Shown here: piece by piece, positions 60,868 to 64,000 of the stretch
How the letters are laid out: each line of letters begins with the position of its first letter
Numbering within the stretch: position 1 is the stretch's first letter
Assembly (NCBI GenBank): GCA_046290505.1
Contig: JBKAGS010000002.1
Location: 41,790-105,789, forward strand
Reading direction: 5' to 3'
DNA length: 64,000 nt
DNA from: Phycisphaeraceae bacterium
Lineage (GTDB): Bacteria > Planctomycetota > Phycisphaerae > Phycisphaerales > Phycisphaeraceae
Made by a program: the position numbers and the translations under genes
The notes under the pieces: generated by a model
What the model was told of the DNA's origin: nothing
What the model saw: only the letters and a program-made list of their open reading frames with translations
The model's database searches: none

Positions 60868-62447
60868 GCTGTTACCTCTTCATGTTGTTGGCCGAGACTG
60901 GCGGAGCGGAAGGCGACGGATACCGAGTCGTTTTCGCCGTCGTAATCGACACGCTCGATCAGCATCTGCACGATGCTCGTCTGCTCGGCCGGGCTGAGTG
61001 ATTCCCACACCGGATCGAACGCTTCGATCGCTTTGGCGATAGCTCGGTCATCGACGAGTTTTCGCTCGAGGTCGATGATCTTGCTGCCGATCTGCGTGAC
61101 CTCCTGCTCGGCCTGGGTCAGTTCATCCTGCAACTCCGCGAGTTGGTCGGTGCCGGCACCGATCAGACCAGCCTTGGGGGCAAGCTCTCGGATTTCCTCG
61201 GCGATACGCTTGGCGTTCTGCTTGGCCGCGTCGTGTTCGATCCTAAGTTCATCGATCGCGTCGGTGATCTGTTCCTGCGCGGCGTAGAGCACGTCGCGGA
61301 ACATCTGCGAGCTTCTCCCGACCTCCCGAATCTGATCGACGACAAATTGCTCGAGCGCTGGTGCGGGCACGGACGCGGTCGGGCAGCTGTCCCAACCCTT
61401 CTTCTGCGCGTTGGCGCAGACGTAGTAGCGGTAGCGTGTGGTTGCCTTGCCGTTCTTTCGCTTGGTCGTGAAGTGGTGGGTCATCGCGACGCCGCAGGAG
61501 GCGCACTGCACCAGGCCCCGCAACATGGCGTTGTTCTTATTTCGCCCCTTGGCGTACTTGCCACCACTGCGTTTGTTGCTTCGCAAGAGGGCTTGGACAT
61601 TGTTGTAGAGGTCCAGCGGCACGATCGCGTCGTGTTCACCGTCGTAGACGCTGTCGCCGTGCGTGATCTTGCCGATGTAGACCACGCTGCTGAGCAGGCG
61701 GTGCAGAGCGGGCTTATCAAAGGCTTTCCCGCCCATGTCCCGGCCCTTCTTCGTGGTCCACCGCTTGTTCCGCCAGCCCCGACGGTTAAGTTCTTTTACG
61801 GCGGGCATCAACGAGCCCTCTTCCAAGAACAACTCAAAGATCTGTACAACCCGCTTGGCCTCCTTCGGGTTTGGCTCGATACGTGACCCGGATGGGCTAG
61901 TGACGATGTTGTATCCCAGCAGCGGCCAGCCCCCGGACCACTTCCCTTTACGACGAGCGGCGGCGATCTTGTCTCGGGTCCGCTCGGAGATGATTTCCCT
62001 TTCGAATTGGGCGAAGGACAGGAGAATGTTGAGCGTGAGCCGGCCCATCGAATGGGTCGTGTTGAACTGCTGGGTGACCGAAACGAACGAGACCTTGTGC
62101 TTGTCGAACACCTCCATCATGCGGGCGAAATCGAGAAGCGAGCGGCTCAGGCGGTCTACCTTGTAGACCACAACACAGTCCACCAGCCCGGCCTCGATGT
62201 CGGCGGTGAGCTGCTTAAGCGCAGGCCGGTCCATATTCCCGCCGGTGTATCCGCCGTCGTCGTAACGCTGAGGCAGGCAGGTCCATCCTTCGTGACGCTG
62301 GCTGGCGATGTAGGACTCGGCGCTTTCGCGTTGCGCGTCGAGTGAGTTGAAGTCGAGTTCCAGCCCCTCGTCCGTGCTCTTGCGGGTATAGATCGCACAG
62401 CGGATCAGGGGTGGGAGCTTTGGTTTGTTTGTTCGTCGTTCAATCAT
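60864..62447 (-). CDS. Large serine recombinase (integrase)
   Basis: ATG at 62447 forms an ATGA with the DUF2924 stop. IRCAIYTRKSTDEGLELDFNSLDAQRE (catalytic Ser region) and VVVYKVDRLSRS. Recombinase and Zn-ribbon region (VQCASCG...YYVC), then a coiled-coil C-terminus. Confidence 0.85.
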   Translation of the reverse strand: MIERRTNKPKLPPLIRCAIYTRKSTDEGLELDFNSLDAQRESAESYIASQRHEGWTCLPQRYDDGGYTGGNMDRPALKQLTADIEAGLVDCVVVYKVDRLSRSLLDFARMMEVFDKHKVSFVSVTQQFNTTHSMGRLTLNILLSFAQFEREIISERTRDKIAAARRKGKWSGGWPLLGYNIVTSPSGSRIEPNPKEAKRVVQIFELFLEEGSLMPAVKELNRRGWRNKRWTTKKGRDMGGKAFDKPALHRLLSSVVYIGKITHGDSVYDGEHDAIVPLDLYNNVQALLRSNKRSGGKYAKGRNKNNAMLRGLVQCASCGVAMTHHFTTKRKNGKATTRYRYYVCANAQKKGWDSCPTASVPAPALEQFVVDQIREVGRSSQMFRDVLYAAQEQITDAIDELRIEHDAAKQNAKRIAEEIRELAPKAGLIGAGTDQLAELQDELTQAEQEVTQIGSKIIDLERKLVDDRAIAKAIEAFDPVWESLSPAEQTSIVQMLIERVDYDGENDSVSVAFRSASLGQQHEEVTA

Positions 62448-62980
62448 CGGGCCCGCGATCCCTTCTGGTTTTGCTTCTTCGGCGGGGTGAGCCCGAAGAA
62501 GAGGTAGCCGTTCCAATGGCTGCCGGTGATCGCCTTGGCGACCGCACTCAGCGACTTGTATATCTGCCCGTCCATCTCGAAGCCGACAGGCATGACGGTG
62601 ACAGAGTAGTTCGTGCCTTTGAATGTTCGAGTGAGCACGGTGCCGGGGACGGGCAGACGATCATCTTCGATCTTAAGAGTGCCGGTCCTGACCTCGCAGG
62701 TCGGGTCCAGCCCGCCCTGGCGTTCCCGAAACGCTGGCGGGGGTGTTGTCCGCACGTCGGCGTCGCGGGCCAATTCAGATGCACGCGCCCGGATGCGCTT
62801 GGCGCGCTCCGCGAGGTCGCCCTCGGCCTGGGCCTGTAGCCGCCAGGCGATCCGTCTGAATAGGTACTCGCGGTGTCCGGTGGGGTTCGTCTCGCCGAAC
62901 AATTCGATGTGCTGCCGACGCAGCTGCGTGACGGACATCTTGCGCAGCTCGGCGATCTTTCGTTTGAGGTCGAGGTCCAT
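62444..62980 (-). CDS. DUF2924-like protein (usual upstream partner of serine recombinases)
   Basis: 178 aa. MSVTQLRRQHIELFGETNPTGHREYLFRRIAWRLQAQAEGDL. Confidence 0.65.
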   Translation of the reverse strand: MDLDLKRKIAELRKMSVTQLRRQHIELFGETNPTGHREYLFRRIAWRLQAQAEGDLAERAKRIRARASELARDADVRTTPPPAFRERQGGLDPTCEVRTGTLKIEDDRLPVPGTVLTRTFKGTNYSVTVMPVGFEMDGQIYKSLSAVAKAITGSHWNGYLFFGLTPPKKQNQKGSRAR

Positions 62981-63025
62981 GCGGTTGGTTCCTTTGCTTG
63001 CCGTGTTCTCGGGTTCTCCGTGGCG

Positions 63026-63223
63026 TTAACCACTAGACACATGGAGCCTCAATTCGGCGGGCACCTCAAGTCCATTTTCGGCCTTGTGGGCAACTTCTTC
63101 GATGCTTGAGTTTGGATGGTTTTCGGATAGTTGGCGGACGACACCTCGGGCGAGCAGTTCAGCGATGCGCTGGCGTTGTTCTTGATCTGAAGCCTGGTCG
63201 TACTGATCGCGCACCTTGGTCAT
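63026..63223 (-). CDS. Small hypothetical protein
   Basis: 65-aa ORF, ATG start. First ORF of the island on the tRNA side. Confidence 0.35.
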   Translation of the reverse strand: MTKVRDQYDQASDQEQRQRIAELLARGVVRQLSENHPNSSIEEVAHKAENGLEVPAELRLHVSSG

Positions 63224-63404
63224 CGAGACTCCTTGCGGGCCGAGGTAGGAATTGCCGGGTTGGCGTATAGGGCTGTTAACTACATCAGCACGCGAGTTCG
63301 AAAACTTGCGGCCACGGTTAGGCAGACGAGACTTGCGGTGGCGTTAAATCCGAGGGGCAGGAAGGGGTGAGAGTTAGAGAGTTCTCACGCCAGGACGCTG
63401 GGGA

Positions 63405-63554
63405 GTTCTCCGCCTCGTTAACACCTCGGTAAACGCGAGAACAGAGTGTGCGCCGTAAGTCGTTGTCGTAACGAGCGAAACGTGGCGGGGTTGCGGACGG
63501 CTTGATTCGCGCAAGAAAAAACCGTCAGGCTTTCGCTTTGACGGTGGAAGCTCC
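63405..63554. repeat. Right copy of the diverged direct repeat (region immediately 3' of tRNA-Asn)
   Basis: See 18975..19123. Same anchors and spacing, with the exact 14-mer at 63454..63467. Confidence 0.7.
63516..63544 (-). terminator. Rho-independent terminator of tRNA-Asn
   Basis: The minus strand reads ccgtca-aagcgaaagcc-tgacgg followed by TTTTTT, starting 7 nt after the tRNA 3' end. Confidence 0.7.
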
Positions 63555-63623
63555 CCCGGCTGGACTCGAACCAGCAACCTGCGGATTAACAGTCCGACGC
63601 TCTACCGATTGAGCTACAGGGGA
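63551..63623 (-). tRNA. tRNA-Asn: tRNA-Asn (anticodon GUU), 73 nt, CCA not encoded
   Basis: Hand-folded cloverleaf. Acceptor UCCCCUG/CGGGGGA, D arm GCUC/GAGC, anticodon loop CUGUUAA, variable loop AGGUU, T arm GCUGG-UUCGAGU-CCAGC, discriminator G. Confidence 0.9.
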
Positions 63624-63720
63624 TTGGGTGGTCTTGGGTTGTCGAGCCGCAAAGTGTAGCACACCTGTGGCGGGCTTCAAGTTTGGATCGGCCCTTGATC
63701 TCCGCCGAGCGTGTGCGGGC

Positions 63721-64000
63721 TCAATCGCGGAGGATGACCACGTCGGCGGGGTCGACGGCGAGGGTGGCCTGGTCCCCGGCGTCGGCGGGGCGGGGGTTGA
63801 GCTCGAACAGCTTGATCTCGTGGTCCGCGGCGGCCAGGCGGTGCTGGGCCAGCGAGCCGAGGTAGATCAGCCGTTGACGCCGGGCGGTGAAGGTATTGGC
63901 CTGGCCGTTGACTTGAGACGGCGCGAGCAGCCTGAGCGCCTCGGGGCGGATCGAGCAGGTGACGGCCCCGCCCTGGGGCAGGTCGTCGGGGTAGGCGGCG
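63721..64000 (-). CDS. 3' end of an ABC-transporter ATPase-like gene (TOBE-like C-terminal domain); partial, runs off the window
   Basis: The minus frame reads ...FELNPRPADAGDQATLAVDPADVVILRD with a stop at 63721..63723. GC returns to chromosomal level. Not in the ORF track because no start codon lies in the window. Confidence 0.5.
   Translation of the reverse strand, partial: AAYPDDLPQGGAVTCSIRPEALRLLAPSQVNGQANTFTARRQRLIYLGSLAQHRLAAADHEIKLFELNPRPADAGDQATLAVDPADVVILRD

Larger units (their letters stand above)
27672..63223. mobile_element. Siphovirus-like prophage core (integration, regulation, replication, packaging, head, tail)
   Basis: Contiguous minus-strand phage modules (see individual CDS entries). 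Gene junctions are tightly coupled, with many ATGA/TGATG overlaps. Confidence 0.85.

Noticed and set aside
63374-63577. 67-aa minus ORF overlapping the tRNA-Asn trailer and terminator.
   Set aside because: It runs through the terminator hairpin and into the tRNA 3' end. It has no SD and lies in the conserved non-coding repeat.

Overview
This is a very GC-rich bacterial chromosome segment. The gene content (PEP-CTERM anchors, dockerin-type repeats, a sulfatase, a prepilin-type N-terminal protein) suggests a Planctomycetota/Phycisphaerae-like host, but that is inference only. All calls rest on reading the sequence and recalling family motifs; no searches or statistics were run, and GC statements are visual.

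Layout:
- 1-17.5 kb (+ strand): seven secreted or cell-surface genes. These are two LamG paralogs, a pseudopilin-like protein, a sulfatase and three tandem giant repeat proteins. Six of them end in the same dockerin x2 + PEP-CTERM cassette.
- 17.5-19.1 kb: a lower-GC spacer carrying a pRiA4b-ORF3-like gene.
- 19.1-63.55 kb: a ~44.4 kb composite island, almost entirely on the minus strand. It lies immediately 3' of tRNA-Asn(GUU) (63551..63623) and is bracketed by a diverged, colinear ~150-bp direct repeat.
  - An AT-richer 8.3-kb defence module: an Mrr-like endonuclease, then a type I R-M operon of hsdM, a split hsdS, a PrrC-like ATPase/anticodon-nuclease homolog and hsdR.
  - A siphovirus-like prophage. 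In minus-strand reading order it carries a DUF2924/serine recombinase/HTH trio, an unknown gene pair, a sigma factor, a recombination/replication module, a ParB-methyltransferase, a 5-gene plus-strand cassette, terminase, a moron, portal, a protease-capsid fusion, head-tail genes including an LRR gene, the major tail protein, chaperones, the tape measure and tail tip/fibre genes.
- 63.7-64 kb: the 3' end of an ABC-ATPase-like gene.

Best candidates for something undescribed:
1. hsdS is split exactly between its two half-genes by a (GCAA)12 tract, and +1 or -2 repeat units would fuse the halves. A 12-bp (LEAE) repeat sits in the spacer-setting helix, and the locus is prr-like.
2. A self-contained moron (operator, wHTH-like 344-aa gene, terminator, plus a small zinc ribbon) is inserted between terminase and gpW/portal.
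3. A translationally coupled pair of unknown genes (392 and 330 aa) lies behind the recombinase module and is closed by a strong terminator.
4. A 520-bp non-coding region is packed with GGGAAC-type iterons next to the primase gene, in a phage that encodes its own ECF-like sigma factor.
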